From Deltaproteobacteria bacterium (GTDB lineage Bacteria > Myxococcota_A > UBA9160 > SMWR01), in the NCBI GenBank assembly GCA_032128375.1, contig JAQBGU010000241.1, forward strand, positions 1 to 62,691: a stretch of DNA of 62,691 nt, in the 5' to 3' direction. This document shows, one piece after another, positions 50,046 to 59,697 of this stretch. Each line of letters starts with the position of its first letter. Within the stretch, counting starts at the first letter, position 1. Below the pieces are notes generated by a model that was not told the DNA's origin, did not search any database, and saw only the letters and a program-made list of their open reading frames with translations. The position numbers were made by a program, and so were the translations under genes.

Positions 50046-51251
50046 ATGGCCGAGGGCCAACTCAACCCCGATCAGATCGAGTTCCAGCAGTACACGCGAA
50101 ACTGGTTGGCCGAAAACGCGCCGCCGCCCTCACCGGTTAGATTGCCGATCACACCCATTGAGGTCACGACCGAGGCGCAGCGCGACTACCTAAAGGACTG
50201 GCAGCTGAAGTGTTACCGCGCCGGGCTGATTGGGGCCGACATTGCCGAAGCCTACGGCGGCCGTGGCCACGAGGGCTTTCAGCGCATCGCCAACCAGGAA
50301 ATGGGTCGTGCCGGCACACCCTTCTTGATCAACATCGTCGGACTCAACATGGCAGTGCCGACGATTCTCGTGCACGGCAGCGAGCAGCAGAAACGCCAGT
50401 TCATTCCAGGCGCCCTCAGCGGTGAGGAAATCTGGTGCCAGGGCTTCAGCGAACCCGGTGCCGGTTCCGACATGGCCAATCAACAGACATTGGCGGAACC
50501 CGATGGTGATATGTGGATCGTCAATGGACAGAAGGTCTGGACGAGCCTCGGCCATTTCGCGAAATGGATGATCTTGATCGCGAGAACGAGCCGCCACCAC
50601 AAGTACGATGGACTCAGCTATTTCCTGTGCCCGATCGAGGGGCACCCCGGCGTAACCGTCAAGCCACTGATCAAGATGACCGGTGAGAGTGGATTCAATC
50701 AGGTGTTTTTCGAGAACGTCCGCATCCCCGACTCGCTGCGCCTCGACGAAGTCGGAAAGGGTTGGACGGTTGCGATGACGACGCTGACCTACGAACGCGG
50801 CGCCGCCGAGAGCGCCGGTGGTGGCGGCGGTGACTCGGTCCACCCGATTGCACAACTGGTCGAACTGGCTCGTCGAAGCTTTCGCGACGGGATCTGCGCC
50901 GCAGACGACCCGGTGACGCGTGATGCCATCGTCACGCAGGCGATCGTCGCGGAGGGAATGCGCCAGAACGGGCGGCGCGCGCGGGTACCCGCGCTGGTCG
51001 ACCACCCGATGCGGCTTCCCCTGCAGGGCAAGCTCGTCGGTACGGAATTCATGCAGCATAACGCCAGACTCGGGGTCGACATCGCTGGGGCTCATTCCAC
51101 GCTCTACAAGCTCGACGCCGCCGCGCCGGATGCCGGCCACTGGCCACTCGCCTACATGAATTCCTTTGGCAACACGATCGCCGCCGGAACCAGCGAAATT
51201 CAACACAACATTCTGGGTGAGCGCGTTCTCGGCCTCGCAAAATCGAAGTAG
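50046..51251 (+). CDS. Acyl-CoA dehydrogenase
   Basis: WCQGFSEPGAGSD, NGQKVWTS and GTSEIQHNILGERVLGL motifs. Confidence 0.93.
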   Translation: MAEGQLNPDQIEFQQYTRNWLAENAPPPSPVRLPITPIEVTTEAQRDYLKDWQLKCYRAGLIGADIAEAYGGRGHEGFQRIANQEMGRAGTPFLINIVGLNMAVPTILVHGSEQQKRQFIPGALSGEEIWCQGFSEPGAGSDMANQQTLAEPDGDMWIVNGQKVWTSLGHFAKWMILIARTSRHHKYDGLSYFLCPIEGHPGVTVKPLIKMTGESGFNQVFFENVRIPDSLRLDEVGKGWTVAMTTLTYERGAAESAGGGGGDSVHPIAQLVELARRSFRDGICAADDPVTRDAIVTQAIVAEGMRQNGRRARVPALVDHPMRLPLQGKLVGTEFMQHNARLGVDIAGAHSTLYKLDAAAPDAGHWPLAYMNSFGNTIAAGTSEIQHNILGERVLGLAKSK

Positions 51252-51259
51252 GAATCTCA

Positions 51260-52459
51260 ATGGCGACCCAAGCATCCTTCCGGGCAGCGCGCACGCATCA
51301 ACCACCCAAGGACTTCGGTTTCGGCGAAGACGAGCAGATGCTCCGCGATCTCGCTCGCAGGTTTCTCGATGAGCGATTGCCCATCGAGACACTGCGCGCA
51401 CTCGTCGCGGACGACCACGAAGCGGTTTATGAGCGCGGGCAGCCGGCTCGCTGGAACCCAGGTCTGTGGAAGCAGATCGTCGAAATGGGATGGCCGGGGC
51501 TGGCTGTCCCCGACGCGGCTGGGGGAGCCGGTTTCAAGATGGTCGGCATTGCGGGACTCGTCGAAGAAGTCGGTCGCCATGCCCTGCCCTCGCCATTGCT
51601 CCCCACCCTCAACGCGAGTTTCGTGCTGCGCGCGGCTGACACCGACGTTGCGCGCGCGCAGTTGGCCCGAATTGTGGATGGGGCATCCGCATCGCTGGCG
51701 ATCACCGATGAACGCGGAAGCTGGGAGCCGAGCGCATGTTCAGTGACCGCGCGAGTCGAAGGCGATGGCGTCGTGTTGTCGGGCAGTGCGCATTTCGTAC
51801 AAGACGCACTCAAAGTCGATTGCCTGCTGACGACGGCCCGCCTCGGCGACGAGATCGCACTGTGCATGGTCCCGACGGATGCGCAGGGGCTGTCCCTGGT
51901 ACAAAATCACATTCACGATCTGACCCGCGACCAGGCCACTGCGAATTTCGAGCAGGTGCGCGTCCCGGCGGAGTCGATCGTCAGTCGCCACGGCGAAGCC
52001 GACCTGCGCCGCGCCTGGCCGGCGTTGCTGGTCGTGGTCGCGGCTGATCTGTGTGGTGGCAACGAGTGGCAGCTGCAGACCACCGTCGAGTACGCGAAGA
52101 GCCGCAAGCAGTTCGATCACCCACTCGGCTTCTTCCAGGCCGTCAAGCACCCACTTGTCGACGCAATGGTCGCGATCGACCGCGCGCGATCTCTCCTCTA
52201 CCACGCCGCGTGCTGCATCGACCAGGACACACCCGACGCGGAGACTGCGGCCCGGATGGCCAAGAGCGCCGCCTCCGATGCGGGGGCATTCATCTCGAAT
52301 CGGTCCGTCCAGCTCCACGGAGGCATCGGCTTCACCTGGGAATGCGATGTCCACCTGTACTTCAAACGCAGCATGCACAATCAAGCACTCTACGGAGACG
52401 CCGTGCACCAACGACGCAAGATCGCTGATGAGTTGATCGGGCCGATCGGATCGGGGTGA
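51260..52459 (+). CDS. Acyl-CoA dehydrogenase (likely partner subunit)
   Basis: YAKSRKQFDHPLGFFQAVKH and QLHGGIGFTWE motifs. Confidence 0.92.
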   Translation: MATQASFRAARTHQPPKDFGFGEDEQMLRDLARRFLDERLPIETLRALVADDHEAVYERGQPARWNPGLWKQIVEMGWPGLAVPDAAGGAGFKMVGIAGLVEEVGRHALPSPLLPTLNASFVLRAADTDVARAQLARIVDGASASLAITDERGSWEPSACSVTARVEGDGVVLSGSAHFVQDALKVDCLLTTARLGDEIALCMVPTDAQGLSLVQNHIHDLTRDQATANFEQVRVPAESIVSRHGEADLRRAWPALLVVVAADLCGGNEWQLQTTVEYAKSRKQFDHPLGFFQAVKHPLVDAMVAIDRARSLLYHAACCIDQDTPDAETAARMAKSAASDAGAFISNRSVQLHGGIGFTWECDVHLYFKRSMHNQALYGDAVHQRRKIADELIGPIGSG

Positions 52460-52559
52460 CTTCAAATGAGAATCGGCGACGCGACACCCACTGCCGTTCC
52501 CGGGTTGTGTCACCCAACACGGAACTCGCACATTCGTGCCGCGAGTCGTACGCAGGCCG

Positions 52560-53015
52560 TCACGAACGACTGGATCCGCGCTCGACCTGCAAGGCCGTGG
52601 TGTCGCCCGCGTATTGCGGGAGATCATCGGTCACGCTGTACCAGGCGGCCTTTTCCGACACATTGAAGTGCGCTGTTGCCCGATTCGCCAAGTCATCATC
52701 GATGAGCCCCAGCCGGATGCTGAACCAACCCGGAGCGCCCGCCTGGCGGGCGTAGATCGGCGAACCGCAGCCACGGCAGAATGCGCGGAACTTCCCCGAC
52801 GAGGATTCATATTCGCCGATCTCGTCGCGTCCCGACAACCATTCCAGATCGGATTCCCGAACAGGACCGTTGGCGGCGAAGGCGGTCCCACTCGCGCGCC
52901 GACAACTGGTGCAGTGGCAGTAGGCGAATGCTCCGATCTCTCCGCGGATCTCGAATCGAACGCGCCCGCACAGGCATCTGCCTGAAAACTCCACATCTGA
53001 GACCACCCGTTGCAA
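52560..53015 (-). CDS. GFA/CENP-V family protein
   Basis: GRCLCG, CHCTSCRR and FCRGCGS motifs. Confidence 0.9.
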   Translation of the reverse strand: MQRVVSDVEFSGRCLCGRVRFEIRGEIGAFAYCHCTSCRRASGTAFAANGPVRESDLEWLSGRDEIGEYESSSGKFRAFCRGCGSPIYARQAGAPGWFSIRLGLIDDDLANRATAHFNVSEKAAWYSVTDDLPQYAGDTTALQVERGSSRS

Positions 53016-53065
53016 CCTCGCGCCATGGCTTACCGACTATTGAAGTCATAGAGCGTACTACGCCT

Positions 53066-54570
53066 TCATCTGCAGCCCTGTTTTTCGATCTGATCCCGCA
53101 GGACGGCGAACCCGGGCAGATCGCTCCCGCCGATCGCGATCGGCTGCAGCGACCGCCGAAGGGAAGACCAGCACCAAAGAGAGATCCGTTCGCGGCCGTA
53201 GAGGCCGATCTGCCGCTCCAGTATTACGTCGACGTCATTCGGTACCGTCAGTGTCATGTATTGCGACAGATCCCGACTCTGGAAGGGTAAGCGGATCGAG
53301 GCGTCTTGGGCGTTGCGCAAGAAGTAGGCTCCATTGATCTGGTCGGGAGCCAGTACGACGGCATGCCCCTGGTTCGGCAACTCGTCGGCCAAATCGGAAA
53401 GCCCTGCCAGCAATTCGCGCATCTGGGATGACGCGCTCTGCCAGGAATCGACGATCAGCTTCTGGTGCAGCCCGGTCAGCACGAACAAGATCGGCGCAAC
53501 GACGAGCGCGCTGCGCCATGCTGCGAACGCGGGGGCTAGCAACAGCGCCAGCGCTGCACCCCAGAGATAGAAGTTGCGACCGCCCTCGCCCCAGTCCAGA
53601 ATCGTCACGATCGGCAACGACACGAGCGTAACGAGCGCCACCCAAATTACGCTCACGAACCATGAACGCAACGGAAACGACCGACGAATCACGTTGGCGC
53701 ACGCCACCAGCGCAGTCCCCAAAGTCGCCACGCGCACGTAATGCGCCAGACTCTCGTGGCCCGGAATCGTCGGCGCGATGGCTCGGATGAAAGTCTCCCG
53801 TCGCTCTCGCCACCACCACGGATTTCCCCATTCCGGCGATGGAATTCCCACGTAGGTCTCAGTTGCGTCTCCGAAGATCACTAGACGCAGACCCAGATAC
53901 AGCATCGAAACAACTCCGAAGGGCACAAGTCGCAGCACACGGGTTGCTAGAGATGATCGCTCTGCGCCGAGACCGAGCAGACACAGCGGGACGAGTAGCG
54001 CAGGCGCCACGATGGCGGTCTCCTTGCTCGCCAGGCCGAGGGCGTAGCAGAGCACGGAGACGACGTACCACGTGTTCCAGCGACCGCGCGCATTGAGCCA
54101 AGCATGCGCGGAGGCCAGAGTGAACAGGACAGCCAGTAGCCCATTGCCGTCGGCCACCCACGCCACAGTCTCGATACCACTGGGTCGCAGCAGGAAGACG
54201 CAGGCCGCGCCAGCCGCCACCGAGATCGAACGCCCCGGCCAGCGTGGGTCCGAGAGGCGAAACGCCAACCCACCCACGAGAACGGCGGTCGCACCGTGCA
54301 AGAGCAGGTTGACGAACCGCCAAGCCGTCGCGTCGGCGCCGAAGAGCAGATACTCGGCGACGTACAACGTGTACTTGAGCGGGCGATAGGCCAGCAAGCC
54401 GCCGGCGGTGCCGTCCGTCCACGTGTTCAGGTAGCCGGCGAGATCCCCGAGTTCGACCCAGCGGTGGACCTGGCCTACAAACGACAGCGAGTCGGATAGA
54501 AACGCTCCGCCGAGCATCCTCCCGTAAATCGCAGCCAGCACCACCGCAGATTGCAAGCAAAGCAGTGGGT
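53066..54570 (-). CDS. GT-C fold (PMT/TMTC-like) membrane glycosyltransferase, 5' end unclear
   Basis: FLSD, YRPL, NLLLH, ETVAW, SKETA and RNFY motifs; many TMs. Confidence 0.7.
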
Positions 54571-55208
54571 AGGGGTTGCGAGGCCAATTGATTCTGGAAT
54601 CGGGCTGGGTTCGCAACGACCATCGCCTCGCGCAGGGTCTGCCATCGCGGTGTTTCCGCGCGCCCCTCGATCGTACACGATCAGCGACCCGGGTCTTGCC
54701 CATACCGGTGGTCGAGGTGCCTTCGGGCTCGGAGCGAAGCTGGTTCGCGAGCGTTATGTCGGCTACTTCGGCGTCATCCCCGTCTTTCTCGGCCTGAAGG
54801 GGATGTACGAGCTGTTTCGAGCGACTGTACTCCACTTGGTTCCGTATCCATACCTCTACGCCATAGCGGGCTGGTGACAACCCTCTCCAGCACCGCGGCC
54901 GTGCGGGCACCGCCGATAGCCACCTTCCTTGTGGTGAGCGCGGTCTTCGCAATTGTGATCACGCGGCTCGCCGCCTTCCCCGCCGGGCCAAGCAACCCAA
55001 AAGACACGATTTCAGCCGCTGAGGTTGCCGCTGAAGTCGCAGGGGCGGTCGCCACAGCTCGTAAGCTTCCGGTCGCCTTCCCGGATTCTTTCGGTAAGAG
55101 CCCAGACGCGAGTTTTCGGCTTCGGAGCTGTTGCCCAGGGATTGCGTTCCAGCGGTGGCCGTGGCGCAGCCAGCGGCTAAAGAAGGGGTAGCATGAGGCC
55201 GATGTTGC

Positions 55209-55234
55209 AGAGTATATACGGAGGTATATACTCT
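55209..55234. promoter_or_regulatory. vapBC autoregulatory operator
   Basis: Perfect inverted repeat AGAGTATATAC-N4-GTATATACTCT immediately before the vapB ATG. Confidence 0.8.
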
Positions 55235-55239
55235 CGAGC

Positions 55240-55476
55240 ATGACGCATCGAGCCAAGCTATTTCAGAACGGAGGGAGCCAGGCGGTCCGCCTTCCCAAGA
55301 ACTGCCGCTTCGAAGACCAGGACGAGGTGCTGGTGCACCGTGAGGGTGATCGCGTGATCCTGGAACCAGCAGATGAGTGGTCGGAGCGCTTTCTAGCTTG
55401 CCTTGGCGAGTGGGAAGAAGCGATCGAACGCCCGAAGCAGGAACTCCTTTCCAAGGTCCGGGATCCCCTCGCGTGA
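55240..55476 (+). CDS. vapB: AbrB/MazE-type antitoxin VapB
   Basis: AKLFQNGGSQAVRLPKNCRF motif. Confidence 0.92.
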   Translation: MTHRAKLFQNGGSQAVRLPKNCRFEDQDEVLVHREGDRVILEPADEWSERFLACLGEWEEAIERPKQELLSKVRDPLA

Positions 55477-55865
55477 AGTTCCTCCTCGATACCGACAGCG
55501 TGAGCTACGCGCTGCGGGGAGAGGGAAGTGTCGCGGAGCAGATCCGATCCCTCCGGCCCTCGGATCTTGGCATCAGCGCGATTACGCTGGCCGAGCTTCG
55601 CTTCGGTGTTGAGCGGCGCCGTTCCCGTCGATTGAACCGTTTGATTGAGGCCTTCGTAGGCGACGTTGCTGTCGTCCCCTTCGATTACGAGGCTGCGGCT
55701 CGGTTCGGGAAGGTGGCCGCTGCGCTGATGTCGAAGGGGACGCCGATCGGCGCGCTCGACACGATGATCGCGGCCCATGCACTTCAGCTTGACCTGACAC
55801 TCGTGACACACAACACGAAGCACTTCAAGCGCGTGCGCGGGCTCAAGATTGCAGACTGGGTTTAG
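55473..55865 (+). CDS. vapC: PIN-domain toxin VapC
   Basis: FLLDTD, ITLAEL, PIGALDTMIAAHA and LVTHNTKHF; GTGA overlap with vapB. Confidence 0.93.
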   Translation: MKFLLDTDSVSYALRGEGSVAEQIRSLRPSDLGISAITLAELRFGVERRRSRRLNRLIEAFVGDVAVVPFDYEAAARFGKVAAALMSKGTPIGALDTMIAAHALQLDLTLVTHNTKHFKRVRGLKIADWV

Positions 55866-56026
55866 CCATGGCTCAAGTGGGAGCCCCCTCCCAGGGGGGC
55901 GGATGGGCAGGACGGCGCCTTTGTTCGCGAAGCGGTTGAGTCCCGTGCGTGGCAAGATGTCCGAAGGTGGGCGCTGTTGGTGAAGGCAGACGCGCCACGC
56001 CCGGCAACACGCGAGCCCACCCGAAG

Positions 56027-56048
56027 TTGTCATAACTTGTTATGACAA
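56027..56048. promoter_or_regulatory. Orphan palindrome, probable protein-binding site
   Basis: TTGTCATAAC-TT-GTTATGACAA, AT-rich in a GC-rich context. Confidence 0.55.
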
Positions 56049-56316
56049 GGCGCCGACATGAGCTGGAGGAGCCAACGGGCCACCGGGCCCGACCAGCGCG
56101 ACGCGCGCTTCGAGTGCCGACGAAGCGCCGACGCCTGCTCGCTCGGTTCGAGCGGAGCGAGAACAAGATCGTGGTGGTCTCGCCGATCCCCGTGTCGCCT
56201 GTTGTGTCCGTCGTGCTGGTGGCCGCACCCACCATCCCCACTTCTGGGGACGCGTCCCGGAAGTGGCCCGGGGCCGATACGCCCATAACCGGTTGGTTTC
56301 ATAGGAGAAAAAATAT

Positions 56317-56356
56317 ATTGGACTAAAGTCCAATTGTTTCTTAGACTCAAGTCCAA
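56317..56356. promoter_or_regulatory. Tandem TetR operators
   Basis: ATTGGACT-AA-AGTCCAAT (56317-56334) and TTAGACT-CA-AGTCCAA (56341-56356), the second overlapping the TetR start. Confidence 0.75.
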
Positions 56357-57063
56357 TGACATCGAATCGCGAGCTCCGCCGCAACGCCCAGCGCGACCGC
56401 ATCCTGGATGCCGCCCGCGTCCAGTTCGCCGAACGCGGTCTCGACCAGGTGACCATGGCCGACGTCGCGAAGCTCGCCGGCGTCGCCCGCGCCACGGTCT
56501 TCAACTACTTCCCGTCGAAGTACGCACTGCTCGAAGCGATCACGGACGAGGTGCTCGGGTACTACCTCGGCATGCTCGAGCGCGCGCTCGCCGACACGAC
56601 GACGCCGACCGCGACGCTGGTGCGCGCGCTCTTCGACCACATGGGCGCGGGCATCCAGCAGTACCACGCCTTCCACCGCGGCGTGTTCCGCGAGATCGTG
56701 AAGATCCAGGTCGGCCTCGACGAAGGCGGCGAGGCGGAACGCACGCGTGCCGCTTCGCTCGGGCTGCTGGAGCAGGTGCTGCGGCGCGGGAAGGAGCGCG
56801 GCGAGCTCGCGCCCGACGCGAGCCCCGAAGACCTCACCTGGGCCTTCGACAGCCTGGCCAACGGCACCATCGTCCACTGGCTCTACGACGGCACGTCGGG
56901 CTCGCTGCGCGAGCGCATGCAGCGCGCGGCCGAGATCTTCCTCGGACCGGTCGCCATCGATTGCGAGGCGACGCGCGGCGAAACGCTGCCCGACCTCGCT
57001 CCCGAATTCGGAATGTTTCTGTCACCCGTCCCATCACGCCCGACCACGGAGGAACCGTCATGA
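56356..57063 (+). CDS. TetR/AcrR family regulator
   Basis: RILDAARVQF...TMADVAKLAGVARATVFNYFPSK HTH. Confidence 0.93.
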   Translation: MTSNRELRRNAQRDRILDAARVQFAERGLDQVTMADVAKLAGVARATVFNYFPSKYALLEAITDEVLGYYLGMLERALADTTTPTATLVRALFDHMGAGIQQYHAFHRGVFREIVKIQVGLDEGGEAERTRAASLGLLEQVLRRGKERGELAPDASPEDLTWAFDSLANGTIVHWLYDGTSGSLRERMQRAAEIFLGPVAIDCEATRGETLPDLAPEFGMFLSPVPSRPTTEEPS

Positions 57064-57845
57064 CCGCGATACCCGATCCGAACGCCCCGCTCACGATTTC
57101 GCCGCTTGCGCCGGGCAAACACGACTGGCCGCGTGCCTGGCGTTATCTGCGCGCACTGCTCGCCGATCCCGACGACACCGAGAAGGCGCTGGACTTCTTC
57201 TTTGCGTCGGGACGCGGCACGTTCGAGAGCCAGTTCCAGCGCTTCGCTGCGGGACCGCTCGGGCGCGCGCTGCTCCGGGAGCGTCCGTCACTCGCGGCCG
57301 CGCTGTCCGACCGCGCCGCCCTCGAGCGGATGGGCGAGCGCAGCCTGGGGCGCGCGTATCGGGCGTACATGGACCACAACGGCTTCGAGGTGACCGGGCT
57401 GATCGATCTCCAGGCGCGCGTCGAGGCGCGCTGGGAGCGCGAGGAGGACACCCCCCGGCTCGATCCCCACCGCGCCTACTACCGCGACCGCATGCTGCTC
57501 TGCCACGACCTCTTCCACGTGCTGACCGGCTACGGAACGGACGACGTGGGCGAGGCGACGCTCTTGGCCTTCAGCCTGGCGCAGTCGGGCGGACCGGCGA
57601 ACTGGCTGCTGACCGTCGGCGCGGCGGTGGATGCCTGGCGCCGGCTCGGCCCGCGCTGGCTCGCATACGATGTGCGCGCCTGGCTGCGCGGCCGCCGTGC
57701 GCGGCAACTCGTCGACCTGCCCTGGGAGGAGCTGCTTGCCCTGCGCGTCGAGCTCGTCCGCGAGCTGGTCGGAATCGAGCCGCCCGATCGCGCTCACCCG
57801 CGCGGCATCCTCGCGGGCCGCTTCCGCGAGGAGCCGGCCGTCTAG
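57060..57845 (+). CDS. Coq4-like protein
   Basis: GGAGG RBS, ATGA overlap; SLGRAY and HDLFHVLTGY...GE metal motif. Confidence 0.85.
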   Translation: MTAIPDPNAPLTISPLAPGKHDWPRAWRYLRALLADPDDTEKALDFFFASGRGTFESQFQRFAAGPLGRALLRERPSLAAALSDRAALERMGERSLGRAYRAYMDHNGFEVTGLIDLQARVEARWEREEDTPRLDPHRAYYRDRMLLCHDLFHVLTGYGTDDVGEATLLAFSLAQSGGPANWLLTVGAAVDAWRRLGPRWLAYDVRAWLRGRRARQLVDLPWEELLALRVELVRELVGIEPPDRAHPRGILAGRFREEPAV

Positions 57846-57948
57846 CGGGCTGGCTGGCTAGCGGCGGAAGAGCGCCCTCGTCTCCGGCGAGACGCCGGGG
57901 CCCGGCTCCATGCGAAGGTCGCGCCGGCCGAGCGCACGGCCGTCCGAG

Positions 57949-58419
57949 CCTAGGAAATAAGCGGGGATAGCGGGCCCGATAACGTGCGAACTGACGAATC
58001 GTCGGCGGCTGGGGAAACAAGCGGCCGACGGCGGGCGATGAGGCGCGCCGTGGCCGGGCGGGGCGCGCGCGGGTCGAGCGCGAGACGCGGATGCGCGCTG
58101 CGCCCCCGGCCGAGGCGTGGGATTCGGGAACGACGGGATCGGCGTGCGCTTGGCGCTTGGCGCTGGGCCGCGAGGGACGGGATCGGGCGGTGCTTCAGGC
58201 CTCGAAGTCGCCAGGAGCAGGAGACGCCCATTCTTGATGGAGGTCGTCCTCACGCCGCGCCGGTGCGAGTGGTGGCGCACGCGCCGGCAGGCCCAAGCAG
58301 GCAAGGATCGCCAGCGTCGTCCCGGGCGGGTGGATCGCCGCGAGCACCCGCATCGGTCCGCGGCAGCGCGGACACTCGAGCACGTCGATCGCGGACGCCA
58401 AAAACGCGCGTACTACCAG
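57949..58419 (-). mobile_element. IS91/ISCR-like (Y2 transposase) 3' remnant with a possible oriIS
   Basis: IDVLECPRCRGPMRVLAAI...ILACLGLPARAPP is typical of Y2 transposase C-termini; minus-strand CCGCTTATTTCCTAG lies about 240 nt downstream. Confidence 0.6.
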
Positions 58420-59697
58420 CTACGAGTCTGCGATCACGCGCCAACGAGCGGCTTCATGCTCGAGCCATCCGTTCTCCCAGAAGCTCACGTCGCCGCCGGC
58501 GTCGAGCAGCGCTTGGTGGGCGACGGCCATCAGGTCGGCCGCGCTCCGGTTCTCGGGCTCCGCCGCGAGCACGCTCTCCGCCAGGCGAATCGCCGTCGGC
58601 GCGTCTCCGCGCGCGAGCCGCGCACGCCCACGCTCGAGCACACGCTCGGCTCCTGCCAACGCCGCAAGCTCCGCGCTGGCTTCCGTCGGATCGGTAGCGT
58701 AGAGATCTGCGGTCGACGTACGCTGGAACCAGCCGGTGTACTCCTCCCAGATCGTGCGCGCGGCCCACTCGATCTTGCCGTACCCCTGCCCCACGCGTAG
58801 CTCCTTCGGAAGCGAGATCTCGCGCATGATCGTGTAGACATCCTTGCGGGCGTTCATGCCAGCCAGCGTTTCGCGGTGCACGTGATCGACCGCATCGTGC
58901 AGGCGCCCGAGACACGCGTCGATCAGTTCACGGCCTACGATCGGCATGCCACGACCGGTAATCAACATGTCGGCCTGCAGCGCTCGCACGCGCTGCGTGT
59001 TCTGCATGTACGGCACGGGAAAGCGGTACTTGTCACCGCGCAGCGTGTTGAAGTTCGGAAAGTGGGGGAAGAGCGGACCGAACAGGTTGCTCATGACCGC
59101 AATCCGAGACTCGGGAAGCCAGACCAGCAAGCTGTCGATGGTCTCTCCGCCCGGCATTGCATGGAGTTCGATCTCGAGGTCGCCAACGCGGAGCGCCAAG
59201 CGCTCCTCGAACATCATGTCGGGTACCGGAACGTCCTGCCCCTTCGAAACGCCCGGGTACTGCTCCGCGAAAGTCTTGATGTGCGCGAGGAGATGCGGGA
59301 ACCACGTCAACGCCGTGTCCGCTCGAAACTTCGGGAGCCGCGCATCGTCCGCCTGGCACGCGGGGTTGCTGGCCTGTGCGACATAAGACGTCTCGGGTTC
59401 GCGGAAGAGCGAAACCCCGCCGACGTGATCCACATGCCCTTGTGTGGTGATGATGTAGGGCGTCGGCCCTTTGTGCACCGCGTCGAAGAGGTGCTTGTGG
59501 TGTGGCGCCTCCCACCCCATCCCGGTGTTCACGATGACGCGCTCCGAACCCGCGACGATCATGTAGCTCGCACTGGTTCCGGCCGAGCGGTAGATGAAGT
59601 CGTTGAGCGCGAGCGACTCCGTGTCGTAGTCCGGGTTCAACAGTTCTCGACCCGGGCGTTCGTCGATCAGGCGATCGACCTCGTCTTGAATACTCAC
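58420..59697 (-). CDS. Alkyl sulfatase-like metallo-beta-lactamase fold protein
   Basis: TQGHVDHVGG, GGETID, FPNFNTLRGD, GQGYG and YTGWF motifs. Confidence 0.85.
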   Translation of the reverse strand: MSIQDEVDRLIDERPGRELLNPDYDTESLALNDFIYRSAGTSASYMIVAGSERVIVNTGMGWEAPHHKHLFDAVHKGPTPYIITTQGHVDHVGGVSLFREPETSYVAQASNPACQADDARLPKFRADTALTWFPHLLAHIKTFAEQYPGVSKGQDVPVPDMMFEERLALRVGDLEIELHAMPGGETIDSLLVWLPESRIAVMSNLFGPLFPHFPNFNTLRGDKYRFPVPYMQNTQRVRALQADMLITGRGMPIVGRELIDACLGRLHDAVDHVHRETLAGMNARKDVYTIMREISLPKELRVGQGYGKIEWAARTIWEEYTGWFQRTSTADLYATDPTEASAELAALAGAERVLERGRARLARGDAPTAIRLAESVLAAEPENRSAADLMAVAHQALLDAGGDVSFWENGWLEHEAARWRVIADS

